DNA from: a bacterium
GTDB lineage: Bacteria > UBA8248
Length of the DNA: 64,000 bases
Direction of reading: 5' to 3'
Assembly: GCA_022825065.1 (NCBI GenBank)
Contig: JAJDYR010000022.1
Location: 97,021 to 161,020, forward strand
Part shown: positions 29,633-39,958 of the stretch, piece after piece
Position numbering within the stretch: the stretch's first letter is position 1
Layout of the letters: each line of letters begins with the position of its first letter
Program-made: the position numbers and the translations under genes
Notes under the pieces: generated by a model
What the model saw: the letters and a program-made list of their open reading frames with translations, nothing else
Told to the model about the DNA's origin: nothing
The model's database searches: none

Positions 29633-30616
29633 TCAACTGACCGGCAAGGATACCAGGCGACGAGAGGGAGCCGGAACGTTCCGGCCCGAGCCATCGGCCG
29701 TCATAAACGCGCGACCCTCGGGATCCCCTTTTGAGTTTTCCTCCCCCAACCCCCGGGAGGCGTGCAGGGCTTCCTCCGCGTTGTAGGAGCTTCTCACGAA
29801 AGGACCCGCGAACACGTGCGCGAAACCCCTCGCCGCGCCCGCCATGCGGTAGCGCGCATAGACATCGGGGTGAACGTATTCGCGAACGGGAATCGCCTTT
29901 TTCTTCGGTGAGAGATACTGGCCAATCGTCATGATCTGGCAATCGACTTTTTCATCTCTCAAATCATCCATCAAGGAGAGCACGTCCTCTTCGGTTTCGC
30001 CCATGCCGACCATGACGCCGCTTTTCGTCACCATATCCGGGTCAATCTCCCGCGCCATGCCGATGACGCGCAGCGAGCGTTCGTAATCGCCGTTCGGCCG
30101 CGTGCTCCTGAACAGCCTCTTCACCGTTTCGATGTTATGGTTGAAAACGTCGGGCGCCGCGCGGACCACCCGCTCGACCGCGTCGAAATCGCCCATGAAA
30201 TCACTCACCAAAACTTCCACCGTTGCCCCGGGCAGCAATTCGCGAATCGCCTCAATCGTCGCAACCACGTGGGAGGCCGCGCCATCGGGCAAATCATCGC
30301 GATTCACCATCGTGACGACCACGTGCTTGAGCCCCAACTGTTTCGCGGCCTCAGCCACATGCCGCGGTTCGTCCGCGTCCAGAGGCTCCGGCGCCCCCTT
30401 TGTGACGGCGCAATAGCCGCAAGTTCTCGTACAGACGTCCCCGCCAATCATGAAGGTGGCCGTGCTGCGGGAAAAACACTCGAACAGGTTCGGGCACCGG
30501 GCTTCCTCGCACACGGTGTGCAGATGCTTGTTGCGCATCAGCGCCTTGACTTCATGCGATCGGCTCGGACTCGGCAGCCGCTTTACGAGCCATGGCGGAA
30601 AGCGTCGAGAAGCCAT
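29633..30616 (-). CDS. lipA: Lipoyl synthase
   Basis: Radical-SAM motifs 'CEEARCPNLFEC' and 'CTRTCGYCAV'. 327 aa. Confidence 0.9.
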   Translation of the reverse strand: MASRRFPPWLVKRLPSPSRSHEVKALMRNKHLHTVCEEARCPNLFECFSRSTATFMIGGDVCTRTCGYCAVTKGAPEPLDADEPRHVAEAAKQLGLKHVVVTMVNRDDLPDGAASHVVATIEAIRELLPGATVEVLVSDFMGDFDAVERVVRAAPDVFNHNIETVKRLFRSTRPNGDYERSLRVIGMAREIDPDMVTKSGVMVGMGETEEDVLSLMDDLRDEKVDCQIMTIGQYLSPKKKAIPVREYVHPDVYARYRMAGAARGFAHVFAGPFVRSSYNAEEALHASRGLGEENSKGDPEGRAFMTADGSGRNVPAPSRRLVSLPVS

Positions 30617-30733
30617 CGAATTGCCTCCAGTCCCGGGAATCGGGAGGCTGCATCTTAGGAATGCAAAGCGCGGGTGTCAAGCTTAAAGTCGTTTGTAGCA
30701 AACAAAGCACAAAACATTGTATTCAAAGATGCT

Positions 30734-31543
30734 TTACATTGCAATAATTATGGCCCGTCGGAGCCTGATCCTCGTCCGCATCCCGGAGAGCGCTTTTTGG
30801 GCCTCGGCCTTGTCCGGATAGTGCCCGACCCGGACGCGGTACCACCTGCCCCTGGTACCGAGATCCGCATTCTTGATGAAGGGCTTGAACCCTGCCTCCC
30901 TCAGCTTTCGGACGACTCGAAGCGCCTCATCGAATTTTTGGACCGAAACAACCTGTATGGTATAGCCGCTCGCCTTCGCCCAGGGTTTCGATGAGCGGGT
31001 ATCCGCCTCAGCCCGCATTCGGGTATCTTCGCCGGCCCCATTCGTCTTTTCTTTCTTCTCGGCATTATTCTCGCCGGCTGGCTCGTCGAGAGGCTTTTCC
31101 TGATCAGCGGGACTCTCGACCACCTCAGCCGAAGGGGGCGCTGGTTTCGACGGTATTTTTTTCCTCACCACCGGCAGCTTGATGAGCTCGATGGGCTGTT
31201 CGCCCTCCTGGTTCTCCCTGACAAGGTCCTGATAAAATTTCGGCTTGATGACATCTGCGGGCTTCTTCGCCGTCTCTGTCTGCGCTTCGCGCTCGTGCTT
31301 TTTTATCAGCGCGGCGACCGTCTCGCGTTCTGCCGTTTTTCTCTCTCCTTTTTTCCCGGCCCCCGGTTCAGGTTTGACCTCAGTCATAACCTTTTTGCCC
31401 GACGCGCCGCCAGTACCCCAGAGGTAGCCGAAGCCGAAGGACGCGCCCATTCCCGCGAGGAGAGCGAGCGCAAAAGCGCCCGCCTGCGCTTTGCCGAAAA
31501 CAATCCTGTATGGTTTCGCAGATGCCCTCTGCCGGGACTTCAT
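30734..31543 (-). CDS. SPOR-domain protein (TM anchor, Lys/Glu-rich low-complexity linker, C-terminal SPOR peptidoglycan-binding domain). Start at internal 'MKSRQRA'. The tracked ORF runs to 31651 and would overlap argS.
   Basis: C-terminal 'GYTIQVVSVQKFDEALRVVRKLREAGFKPFIKNADLGTRGRWYRVRVGHYPDKAEAQKAL'. Confidence 0.55.
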   Translation of the reverse strand: MKSRQRASAKPYRIVFGKAQAGAFALALLAGMGASFGFGYLWGTGGASGKKVMTEVKPEPGAGKKGERKTAERETVAALIKKHEREAQTETAKKPADVIKPKFYQDLVRENQEGEQPIELIKLPVVRKKIPSKPAPPSAEVVESPADQEKPLDEPAGENNAEKKEKTNGAGEDTRMRAEADTRSSKPWAKASGYTIQVVSVQKFDEALRVVRKLREAGFKPFIKNADLGTRGRWYRVRVGHYPDKAEAQKALSGMRTRIRLRRAIIIAM

Positions 31544-31572
31544 GGACTTCTCGTTTCGTGGGCGGATGCTGA

Positions 31573-33246
31573 CTACATCTTCTCGGGAGCGGAGACTCCC
31601 AGCAAATTCAAGCCGTTCCTCAAGACGACTTGCACGCACTTCGCGAGACACAGGCGGGCGCGGGTGAGTCCATCGCCCTGGCCCAGTATGCGGTTGCGAT
31701 TATAATAGGCATGGAATTGTTTGGCGAGAGCGATGAGGCCGAATGTAACGTGGTGGGGCTCGAGCCTCTCCGCCGCGGTGCGCACCACGTCGGGCCATTC
31801 GAGGAGATTCTTCATGAGCCGGCGCTCCTCGGCCAGCACGAGCACGCCGGGCGGCGGCTCATCGAGACCGTCGAGCGACTCGCCTTCTTCCGCCGCCTGC
31901 CTGAAAAGACTGCAGGCGCGCGCGTGCGCGTACTGCACGTAATAGACCGGATTCTCGCTGCTTTGCTCTTTCGCCAAATCGAGATCGAACTCCAGCGCCG
32001 TGTCCGCGCTCCTCATCAGGAAGAAGAAGCGGGCCGCGTCCACGCCCACCTCATCCACCACCGTGGACAACTCCTCGAACTCGCCCGCGCGCGTGCTCAT
32101 CTGCACCGCCTCTCCCCCGCGGCGCAGGCTCACGAACTGAACGAAGAGGACGTCGAGCTTTCCGGGGTCATGGCCGAGCATCTCCATCGACGCGCGCACC
32201 CGGGGCAAATACCCGTGATGATCCGCCCCCCAGACGTTGATGTACCGCTCGAAGCCGCGCTCATACTTCAGGTGGTGATAAGCGATGTCCGACGCCAGAT
32301 AGGTCGGGCGGCCGTCGTCCCGCACGACGACGCGGTCCTTTTCATCGCCGTATGCGCTCGACGCGAGCCACCTGGCCCCGTCTTTCTCATAGAGTTTCCC
32401 GTTCGCTTCCAGCGCGGCGACCGCCTCTTCCACCTTGTTGCCGTTTCCGGTGAACAAAGACGACTCGCTGAACCATTCATCGAAGCGAACCCGGAACCCG
32501 GCGAGGGAATTTTCGATGTCCTCCAGGATCAGATCCTTGGCGATGACGCCCGCCCGAGAGAGAAGTGCTCCCTCCTCCTCCAGCGTCCCGACGCCCTCGA
32601 GGAACCTCGCGGATTTCACGATCTCGCGAATGTATTCTCCCTGGTAGGCGTCTTCGGGAAAGGGGACCGCCTCCCCTTTCACGTCCTGCAAGTAACGCGC
32701 GCAGGCCGATTTCGCCAGCGTCTCTATCTGGTTGCCCGCGTCGTTGATGTAATACTCCCGGTGCACGCGAAAACCCGAAGCCTCCAGCACGCGCCCCAGA
32801 ACGTCGCCCAGCGCGGCGCCCCGGCCGTGGCCGACGTGCAGCGGCCCCGTGGGGTTCGCGCTCACGAACTCCAGGTGAACGGACTTCCCCGCGCCCGTTT
32901 CGTTTTTTCCAAAATCATCCGGTGCGGACAGTATCTCCCCGAGCTTCGCGCACAGGTAATCGCCATCGAGATACAGGTTGATGAAGCCCGGCTTTTCGAC
33001 CCGGACGTCAGTGAAAAACCCCTCGGGCGCCTCGAAGTGTTTTACGATCTGCTCCGCAATCACCATGGGCGCCTTGCGCTCGGCTTTCGCCAGCGTCATC
33101 GCGATGTTGCAGGAGAAATCGCCGAACGCCTCGTTCGGCGGCGTCTCGATGACGACGGCCGGCTTCCCCTCCGAAGTCAGGTCGCCCGCCGCGCGCGCGC
33201 TTTCGAATGCGTTCTCGAATATGGGGACCATCAGTTCTTTCAGCAC
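31573..33246 (-). CDS. argS: Arginine--tRNA ligase
   Basis: 'HVGHGRGAALGDVLGRVLEASGFRVHREYYINDAGNQIE'. 557 aa. Confidence 0.9.
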   Translation of the reverse strand: MLKELMVPIFENAFESARAAGDLTSEGKPAVVIETPPNEAFGDFSCNIAMTLAKAERKAPMVIAEQIVKHFEAPEGFFTDVRVEKPGFINLYLDGDYLCAKLGEILSAPDDFGKNETGAGKSVHLEFVSANPTGPLHVGHGRGAALGDVLGRVLEASGFRVHREYYINDAGNQIETLAKSACARYLQDVKGEAVPFPEDAYQGEYIREIVKSARFLEGVGTLEEEGALLSRAGVIAKDLILEDIENSLAGFRVRFDEWFSESSLFTGNGNKVEEAVAALEANGKLYEKDGARWLASSAYGDEKDRVVVRDDGRPTYLASDIAYHHLKYERGFERYINVWGADHHGYLPRVRASMEMLGHDPGKLDVLFVQFVSLRRGGEAVQMSTRAGEFEELSTVVDEVGVDAARFFFLMRSADTALEFDLDLAKEQSSENPVYYVQYAHARACSLFRQAAEEGESLDGLDEPPPGVLVLAEERRLMKNLLEWPDVVRTAAERLEPHHVTFGLIALAKQFHAYYNRNRILGQGDGLTRARLCLAKCVQVVLRNGLNLLGVSAPEKM

Positions 33247-33309
33247 ATCAACCTCATCAGGAAATCACCCCCGAAACGAGGGAACAAATACTCCTCCGGC
33301 GGGATTCCG

Positions 33310-34062
33310 TCAACGCGTAACGGAGGAATGGCCGGAGCGTCTCGGCAGGCTCTTCCCGCCGTGGTATTGCAGAAACGCCTCCGCGCACCCGATGATCTCG
33401 GGCCCCAGGGAAGCGGCGAATCGAATGGAAAAACACTTCTCGGGCGACAGGCGAAGAATCTCCCTCATCGCGGCGACGGCGCCGGCGCGCAGGCGCATCT
33501 CCCGCGCCGCCGGCTCAGGGCACCTCGCGCAGCGAAGCTCACCCGTGGCGATATCGAAACGCGCCGTCTCGCTGCCCGGTTTTATCTCGCACGCCGCGCA
33601 ATAGTCGAGGCCCGGTTCGAGACCCATCGTCTTGAGCAGCATGAGCAGGAAGACCCCCTCCATGCCCGCCGTTCCCGCGCCCGCCTCCAGCGCCTCGAGC
33701 GAGGAGCGGAGCAACCAGAAGTGCGCGCTCTCGCCCTCATCCACGTTCAACACCACATCGAGTATCTTCAAGAGGCGCGACGCCACCCGCATGGCCTCAT
33801 AGTCCTTCCAGAGCCTTTGATAGACCCGGGTCGTCTCGCATTTTCGCATCGTCCCCAAACCGGAACCCGTGCGCCGGCTCCACTCGATATGGTTCTCGCT
33901 CGCCGGTTCGAGCCCCACGCCCACCCTCGACTTCGCCGAGCGCACGCCCTTCGCCACCAGGCGCACTTTCCCCTGGCCTTTGCTCAGAAACGTCACGATC
34001 AGGCTCGTATTCGAGAACGGGCGCGCGCCCAGGACAATGGCTTCGTCGCTCAGAATGGCCAA
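33310..34062 (-). CDS. recO: DNA repair protein RecO
   Basis: '[42 protein letters not shown]' plus the Zn-finger '[27 protein letters not shown]'. Confidence 0.8.
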   Translation of the reverse strand: MAILSDEAIVLGARPFSNTSLIVTFLSKGQGKVRLVAKGVRSAKSRVGVGLEPASENHIEWSRRTGSGLGTMRKCETTRVYQRLWKDYEAMRVASRLLKILDVVLNVDEGESAHFWLLRSSLEALEAGAGTAGMEGVFLLMLLKTMGLEPGLDYCAACEIKPGSETARFDIATGELRCARCPEPAAREMRLRAGAVAAMREILRLSPEKCFSIRFAASLGPEIIGCAEAFLQYHGGKSLPRRSGHSSVTR

Positions 34063-34190
34063 GAAAACGCCTCCCGACAGGTCTTCTTTTTTGGGGTCTT
34101 GACGAAACCGGGCGGATGAGAGATAGTTTGCGACCGGAAAGATTCTATTTTCTAACGCAAGTTACCGCAAACAGGAGGAACGAAACCAAT

Positions 34191-34379
34191 ATGCCAGGAG
34201 TAAAAGTACACGAGGGTGAATCGATCGACAAGGCTTTGAAGCAATTCAAGAAACAATGCGAAAAATCAGGCATTCTCACCGAAATCAAAAAGCGCGAGTA
34301 CTATGAGAAGCCCAGCGTAAAGCGCAAGAGGAAGATACTCGCCGCGCACAAAAAGCGCATGCGCGCCCAGAACCGCTAA
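34191..34379 (+). CDS. rpsU: 30S ribosomal protein S21. Start at internal ATG 34191, preceded by AGGAGG. The tracked ORF starts at 34116.
   Basis: '[48 protein letters not shown]'. Confidence 0.85.
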   Translation: MPGVKVHEGESIDKALKQFKKQCEKSGILTEIKKREYYEKPSVKRKRKILAAHKKRMRAQNR

Positions 34380-34381
34380 GC

Positions 34382-35371
34382 CTAGATATTCTCATACCCG
34401 AGTTCGGAAAGCGCGGCGTCCTTTTGCCGCCAGTTCGGCTTGATGCCTACTTTGAGCCCGAGATATATCTGCTCGCCCAGGCGCCGTTCGATCTCCGTTC
34501 TCGATAATTCCCCGATCTTCTTGATCCGGTTACCCCCCTTGCCCACCAGAATGCCCCGCTGGCTCTTCCGCTCCACGTAGATTTCCGCCTCGACGTGCAA
34601 CAGGCCGGAACGCCCGGCGCGCTCCATCTCGCGCACCTTCACCGCCACGGCGTAGGGGATCTCCTTGTGCAGCAGGCGGTACACCTGCTCGCGAACGAAC
34701 TCCTCTATCAGGAGCGCTTCGCTCACGTCCGTCGTCATATCGGGCGAAAAGTATCTGGGGCCTTCCGGAAGCGCCTGGATGATGTCTTCCACCAGCGGCT
34801 CCACGTTGTCTCCCTTGAGCGCCGAGACGGGATAGACGCTCCTGAACCCGTCGTCTTCGGCGTATTTCGCCAGAACGGGCAACAGTATCGCCTTGTCCTT
34901 CAAGCGGTCCACCTTGTTGATGACGAGAAACGCGGGCACGCCCGCATCCTCGATCAACGCGAGCGCGTTTTCGTCCACCTCCCCCTCTGCGTCGTCCGTC
35001 AGGAACAGGGCGAGGTCCGCTCCCGCGCAGGCGGCCTTCACCTCTTCGAGCAGAAAACGCCCGAGTTTCGAGGCGGGACGCTCGAGGCCGGGCGTATCGA
35101 AAAAAGCCGCCTGCGCGTTATCGGTGTTCAACACGCCGAGAAGCCTGCGCCTCGTGGTTCCGGGCTTGCGGGTGACGATGGCGAGCTTTTCGCCGAGGAT
35201 GCGGTTGAGGAGGGTGGATTTGCCCACGTTCGGGCGGCCGATGATAGCGATGAAGCCCGAGCGGAATCCTTCGGGCGTCTCGTCGCGAACCTCGCCGCTT
35301 CTCAGGATTTTATCGAGGTCGAGCGTGCGCGCGTCGCCCCGGGTGCGAGTTTTCTTTTTCCTCGTGGACAC
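34382..35371 (-). CDS. era: GTPase Era (with a basic N-terminal extension of about 35 aa)
   Basis: 'GFIAIIGRPNVGKSTLLNRILG', 'DTPGLE', C-terminal KH domain. 329 aa. Confidence 0.85.
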   Translation of the reverse strand: MSTRKKKTRTRGDARTLDLDKILRSGEVRDETPEGFRSGFIAIIGRPNVGKSTLLNRILGEKLAIVTRKPGTTRRRLLGVLNTDNAQAAFFDTPGLERPASKLGRFLLEEVKAACAGADLALFLTDDAEGEVDENALALIEDAGVPAFLVINKVDRLKDKAILLPVLAKYAEDDGFRSVYPVSALKGDNVEPLVEDIIQALPEGPRYFSPDMTTDVSEALLIEEFVREQVYRLLHKEIPYAVAVKVREMERAGRSGLLHVEAEIYVERKSQRGILVGKGGNRIKKIGELSRTEIERRLGEQIYLGLKVGIKPNWRQKDAALSELGYENI

Positions 35372-35380
35372 CCGCGCGCC

Positions 35381-37165
35381 CTACCGGAAGGCCCCGTCGA
35401 TGCCCAGCTCGCGGAGCTGGAGACGCTCGACCGAAGCCGGCGCGCCGGTCATCAGGCAGGTGGCTTTCTGGGTCTTGGGAAACGCGATGACGTCGCGGAT
35501 GGATGGCGCGCCCGTCAGCAGCATCATGATGCGGTCCAGGCCGAAGGCGATTCCCCCGTGGGGCGGCGTGCCGAACTCGAGCGCCTCCATGAAGAAGCCG
35601 AAACGCCGCTGCGCCTCTTCTTCGCCCATGTCCAGGGCGGCGAACATCTTCTGCTGCACGTCTCGCTGGTGGATACGCTGGCTGCCGCCGCCGATCTCAC
35701 TTCCGTTCACGACCATGTCGTAGGCCTGGGAGCGGATGGCGCCGGGGTCGGAATCGAACAGCGCTACGTCCTCGGGCACGGGCGCCGTGAAGGGGTGGTG
35801 GAGCGCATGGAACCGCTTCTCCGCCTCGTCGTATTCGAGAAGCGGGAAATCCACGACCCAGCAGAAATCGAATTCCCCATCGTCCCGGGAGGCGAGGCCG
35901 AGGCGCGCGCCGATTTCATCGCGCAGATGACCCAGTACAGACGCGCTCACGGCAGGGGCGTCGGCCACCATCATCAACAGATCCCCGATTTCCACGCCCG
36001 CTCTCGCGCCTATCTCCTCCAACTGTCCGTCCAGGAAGAACTTGGTGATGTTCGACTCATACCCGTTTTCCGTCCGCTTCGCCCAGGCAAGACCGCCCGC
36101 ACCCAACTCCTGCGCGCGCGCGATGATGTCGTCTATCTCTTTTCGCGAGGCCGAAGCCATGCCCGGCCCCGCCATGGCGCGCGCCACGCCGCCTTTTTCC
36201 ACCGCGCCCTTGAACACCTTGAACTCGCTCGCCCGCGCCACGTCGGTGAACGTGGCCAGCTTCATGCCGAAGCGCCTGTCCGGCCTGTCGGTCCCGTACT
36301 GCGCTATCGCCTCCGCGTAGGGGACCCGCTCGAAGGGCGTCTCGATCTCGACCCCGCCCACCTCTTTCCATATCCGGGCCACCAGACCTTCCATGAGGCC
36401 GAAGAAGGTATCGCGGTTCAGGAAGGAGCATTCGACGTCGATCTGCGTGAACTCGGGCTGCCTGTCGGCGCGCAGGTCCTCGTCCCGGAAGCATTTGACG
36501 ATCTGGTAGTAGCGATCGAAGCCCGCGACCATGAGGATCTGCTTGAACATCTGCGGGCTCTGGGGGAGTGCAAAGAAACTCCCGCGCGCGAGGCGGCTCG
36601 GCACCAGATAATCCCTCGCCCCCTCGGGGGTGCTTCGGGTGAGCACCGGGGTCTCCACGTCGACGAAGTGGTTTTCCGTCAGGAAATTGCGGATCACCTG
36701 GGTCGCCTGATGACGTTTGATGAAGTTCTCCCGCAACGCGGAGCGCCTGAGATCCAGGTAGCGGTACTGGAGGCGCAGCGCTTCGCCGGCGTCGGAATCG
36801 TCCTCTATCTCGAAGGGCGGCGTTTTCGCCTCGCTCAGGACTTCGAGCTTCGTTATCCGGACCTCGATTTCGCCGGTGTCGAGATTCGGGTTCGCCATCC
36901 CCTCGGGGCGTTCGATGACCACCCCCTGGACGGCGAGCACCCATTCGCCGCGCACCCGCTCGGCGAGGGCGTGGGACGCCTCGTCATAAGAGGGGTCGGC
37001 CACCACCTGGGTGACGCCGTAGCGGTCACGCAGGTCGATGAAAATCAACCCGCCGTGGTCGCGGTTCGACCCCGCCCAGCCCATCAGGACGACCTCGCTG
37101 CCTACGTCTGTGGCGCGAAGCGCTCCGCAGTCGTGGGTTCTTCCTTTTTCCACAAGTTCGCTCAA
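35381..37165 (-). CDS. aspS: Aspartate--tRNA ligase
   Basis: 'RTHDCGALRATDVGSEVVLMGWAGSNRDHGGLIFIDLRDRYG', class II motifs 'FRDEDLRADRQPEFTQID' and 'GGIAFGLDR'. 594 aa. Confidence 0.9.
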   Translation of the reverse strand: MSELVEKGRTHDCGALRATDVGSEVVLMGWAGSNRDHGGLIFIDLRDRYGVTQVVADPSYDEASHALAERVRGEWVLAVQGVVIERPEGMANPNLDTGEIEVRITKLEVLSEAKTPPFEIEDDSDAGEALRLQYRYLDLRRSALRENFIKRHQATQVIRNFLTENHFVDVETPVLTRSTPEGARDYLVPSRLARGSFFALPQSPQMFKQILMVAGFDRYYQIVKCFRDEDLRADRQPEFTQIDVECSFLNRDTFFGLMEGLVARIWKEVGGVEIETPFERVPYAEAIAQYGTDRPDRRFGMKLATFTDVARASEFKVFKGAVEKGGVARAMAGPGMASASRKEIDDIIARAQELGAGGLAWAKRTENGYESNITKFFLDGQLEEIGARAGVEIGDLLMMVADAPAVSASVLGHLRDEIGARLGLASRDDGEFDFCWVVDFPLLEYDEAEKRFHALHHPFTAPVPEDVALFDSDPGAIRSQAYDMVVNGSEIGGGSQRIHQRDVQQKMFAALDMGEEEAQRRFGFFMEALEFGTPPHGGIAFGLDRIMMLLTGAPSIRDVIAFPKTQKATCLMTGAPASVERLQLRELGIDGAFR

Positions 37166-37250
37166 GATTTCTTATCCTTCATTCATGTCCGCGCCTGAAT
37201 TCACGAATCTCATCACTGGCGCGGGAGCGTATAAGCTTCGCAACCGGAAT

Positions 37251-38498
37251 TCAAGCATCCTGCGCCCGCCTCTTCATTATACGGGAAAGCCAGACGATTC
37301 CGCCCAGGCCGATCCAGACGGCCACGCCCACCGAAGCCCAGGCCGCCGTCCACTCTCTGGGCAGGACCTCGCCCCGGGAGCCGGGGTTCGTGACGTCCAG
37401 AATGTAGCCCACTTCGATGGAGGAGAGCGCGCCGAAGAGAAAACCAAACCCGGCGAGGCAGCCCAGCGCCGTGCCCAGATGGCGCTTGGGCGCGATTTCG
37501 CTCATCACGACGAGGAAAACGGACGCATCCGCAGCCATCGTCACCGCCCAGACCAGCAACACGATCAGCAGAAGCGGAATCGGCGCGTGGAACAAGGCGC
37601 CGATACCGAAGGTCATCGCGCCGCTTAAGAGCAGACTCCACCCGATGCTCGGAAGCCGCCCGAACCTGTCCGCCGACCAGGCGCCGATGAAATTCGAAAA
37701 AGCCGAAATCGCGATCATGAACGCCAGGGCCGTCGCGGCGTTGTCCACGGCGTCACCTCTCGGAAGGCCGTGCGCGACGAACGCCGCTGCCAGGAACGTG
37801 ACGCCCCAGCCCCTGAAGGCGAACATCTCCCAGCGGTGCATGACGTAGGAGCCGATGAGCACCCAGCATCTGAGCGGCAGGCGGGGGAAGGCGAATTTCT
37901 CCCCGCTTCCCGATTCCTCCCTTCCGGGGTCGGGCACCCGGAGCAGCACCATGAAGATGCCCACAACGGGGCCGAGCGAACCCGCGGCGAAGGTGAAGCG
38001 CCAGCCGAAATCGGGGAGCAGATAACCCGTCAGGAACATCGAGACCGACACACTGAAGGTGAAGAAAAAGGCGTAGCCCGAGACCATCTTCGCCCGCATA
38101 CCGGACGAGGCATGCTCGGCCACGATGCGCAGGCCCGGCCCGAACACGCCCGCAAGCCCCACCCCGCACGCGCAACGCAGCAGGGCGGCCGTCCACAGGC
38201 CCTCGGCGAAGAAGGGGAACATGAGGTTCGTGAGGCCGAGCCAGGCGGCCGAGAAGAGATAGATCGTTCTTGCGCTGAAATAATCCGTGGCCCCGGTGAG
38301 CACGGCGGAGGCGACGACGTAGCCCACGTAAAACATGAAATAGATGAATCCGGCATCGGCATTGGTGAGGGACCATTCCGCCTTCAGGATCGGGATGGCG
38401 GTCGGGTAGTTGGCGTAGACGAACATGATAGGCAGTTGGGAGAAGCTCAGCACCCACAGGGATGCCTGGCTCATGCGCGCTTTCGGGGGAGTATCCAT
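37251..38498 (-). CDS. MFS transporter
   Basis: 12-TM-type hydrophobic profile. 415 aa. Confidence 0.65.
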   Translation of the reverse strand: MDTPPKARMSQASLWVLSFSQLPIMFVYANYPTAIPILKAEWSLTNADAGFIYFMFYVGYVVASAVLTGATDYFSARTIYLFSAAWLGLTNLMFPFFAEGLWTAALLRCACGVGLAGVFGPGLRIVAEHASSGMRAKMVSGYAFFFTFSVSVSMFLTGYLLPDFGWRFTFAAGSLGPVVGIFMVLLRVPDPGREESGSGEKFAFPRLPLRCWVLIGSYVMHRWEMFAFRGWGVTFLAAAFVAHGLPRGDAVDNAATALAFMIAISAFSNFIGAWSADRFGRLPSIGWSLLLSGAMTFGIGALFHAPIPLLLIVLLVWAVTMAADASVFLVVMSEIAPKRHLGTALGCLAGFGFLFGALSSIEVGYILDVTNPGSRGEVLPREWTAAWASVGVAVWIGLGGIVWLSRIMKRRAQDA

Positions 38499-38525
38499 GA
38501 ATTCAGCGATCGGTTCGTTCTCTGG

Positions 38526-39524
38526 CTAGGCGAAGTCGTTTGCCCAAATCTTCTTGAGCTCCTGCATTTCATCTCCCGTCAGCGGATCGGCGTCCGCACC
38601 GGTGAGGGCTTCTGCGAGTTGCTCCTCGCCCGAGAAACCCACCAGTGCGCAGGAGACCTCATCGCGCATCAGGACGAATCGAAGCGCGGCCTGCGCCAGC
38701 GTGCATCCCTCGCGGACGAGGAACGCGAGCTTCTCCGCGCGGGCCACGTCTTTATCGTATTCCGAACCGAGCGAGAGAACCGGCGGGCGCTCGTCCAGAA
38801 AACCCAGCAGGTTCGGCTCCGCCGTCAGCGCGCCGAGCGCCAGGGCGCGAATCGCCAGCACCCCCATCCCCATCTTTGCTGCGCGCTCGATGAGCAGGCC
38901 GTAATCCACCGCGCTGAAACCCTCGGGCACGGTATAGGCTGCGCTCGGGTTGAGCAGGTTGAAATACGCCTGCACCGTATGGAACTCGCCGCTGTCGATC
39001 ATCTCGGCCAGCGAGGCGGGATGCCCGATGCCGGTGAACCCGAAAAAGCGCACGAGCCCGCGGTCGCGCAGTTTCTTGAAACCATCAAGCACGCCACCCG
39101 TGCGAAAAATATCGGAGAGATCGAAGGCTACCTCCCCCACCGGCCAGTTCCGCTCGGGGGCCACGTAGTTGTGGATCTGGATCAGGTCGACCCGGGGCCG
39201 GCCCAGCCGCTCGAGACTCTTCTCCACCGAGGCGACAACCGCCGCTTCGGGCGCTTCACGCTCCCCGGCGCTCAAGCGGATCTTCGTCGTGAGGACGACT
39301 TCCGCCCCCAGGCGATTTAACGCGGCGCCCAGGTTGGCTTCGGACTTTCCGCTCCCGTAGCCCATCGCCGTATCGAAGAAGTTCACGCCCCCGTCCAGCG
39401 CGCCGCGAACCGCGCGAAGCTGCGCCTCATGGTCGTCCCCCACCATCAGGCGGCTGATGCCGCCCGTGCCGAAACCTATCCCGGACACCGAGATACCCGT
39501 ATTCCCCAGGGTGCGCCTGCGCAT
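38526..39524 (-). CDS. Aldo/keto reductase. Start at 'M(T)MRRRTLGNTG' after GAGAGG. The tracked ORF extends to 39791, into repeat DNA.
   Basis: 'LGNTGISVSGIGFGTGGI...GVNFFDTAMGYGSGKSEANLGAAL'. Confidence 0.75.
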   Translation of the reverse strand: MRRRTLGNTGISVSGIGFGTGGISRLMVGDDHEAQLRAVRGALDGGVNFFDTAMGYGSGKSEANLGAALNRLGAEVVLTTKIRLSAGEREAPEAAVVASVEKSLERLGRPRVDLIQIHNYVAPERNWPVGEVAFDLSDIFRTGGVLDGFKKLRDRGLVRFFGFTGIGHPASLAEMIDSGEFHTVQAYFNLLNPSAAYTVPEGFSAVDYGLLIERAAKMGMGVLAIRALALGALTAEPNLLGFLDERPPVLSLGSEYDKDVARAEKLAFLVREGCTLAQAALRFVLMRDEVSCALVGFSGEEQLAEALTGADADPLTGDEMQELKKIWANDFA

Positions 39525-39693
39525 CGTCATCCTCTCACAAGAACCCTTCCATTCGTCCGGGCGAAGCCTATCACGAGCGGGCGAGAAGGCGAAGGAGAAC
39601 GGGGTTCTCGAATAAGTCATGATTTCGTGATTCGGTGAATGAAACTGACTAAGGAGGCTGTTGAACAAGCCCCTGAAAGGGAAACCCCATAAA

Positions 39694-39812
39694 GGCAACC
39701 CCCCCCTACCCCCCCTTGTCAGGGGGGTATAAAAAGGCGATGCGTCCTCGCCGGGCTGAGGGGGCTTTGCTTTTTCTTGCCCCCCTGACAAGGGGGGGTA
39801 GGGGGGGTTGCC
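39694..39812. repeat. Family-A MITE-like element, copy A1. The 33-bp terminal inverted repeats are GGCAACCCCCCCTACCCCCCCTTGTCAGGGGGG ... CCCCCCTGACAAGGGGGGGTAGGGGGGGTTGCC. The internal segment is inverted relative to copies A3-A5.
   Basis: Read directly. The internal segment 'tataaaaaggcgatgcgtcctcgccgggctgagggggctttgctttttcttg' is the reverse complement of the A4 internal segment. Confidence 0.8.
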
Positions 39813-39958
39813 TTTCGACCAGGGAGATCGGGGGTTTGCGCGATAGCGGTCTTCCCGCTAAAGGCAATATCTCCCGACGAGGACTTTTTCACCAACCCCG
39901 GAATGCGCGCGCGGCGCATTTTGATGTAGGATAGGCGTATTCCTTACATGGAGAGAAC

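Noticed and set aside
39525-39791. N-terminal extensions of real genes into repeats. They are the aldo/keto reductase ORF to 39791, the Sir2 ORF from 45166, the hisS ORF from 45957, the rpsU ORF from 34116 and the S21-like '[13 protein letters not shown]' prefix.
   Set aside because: Internal starts with good SD sequences coincide with the family-consensus N-termini. The extensions run through repeat elements or the upstream gene.
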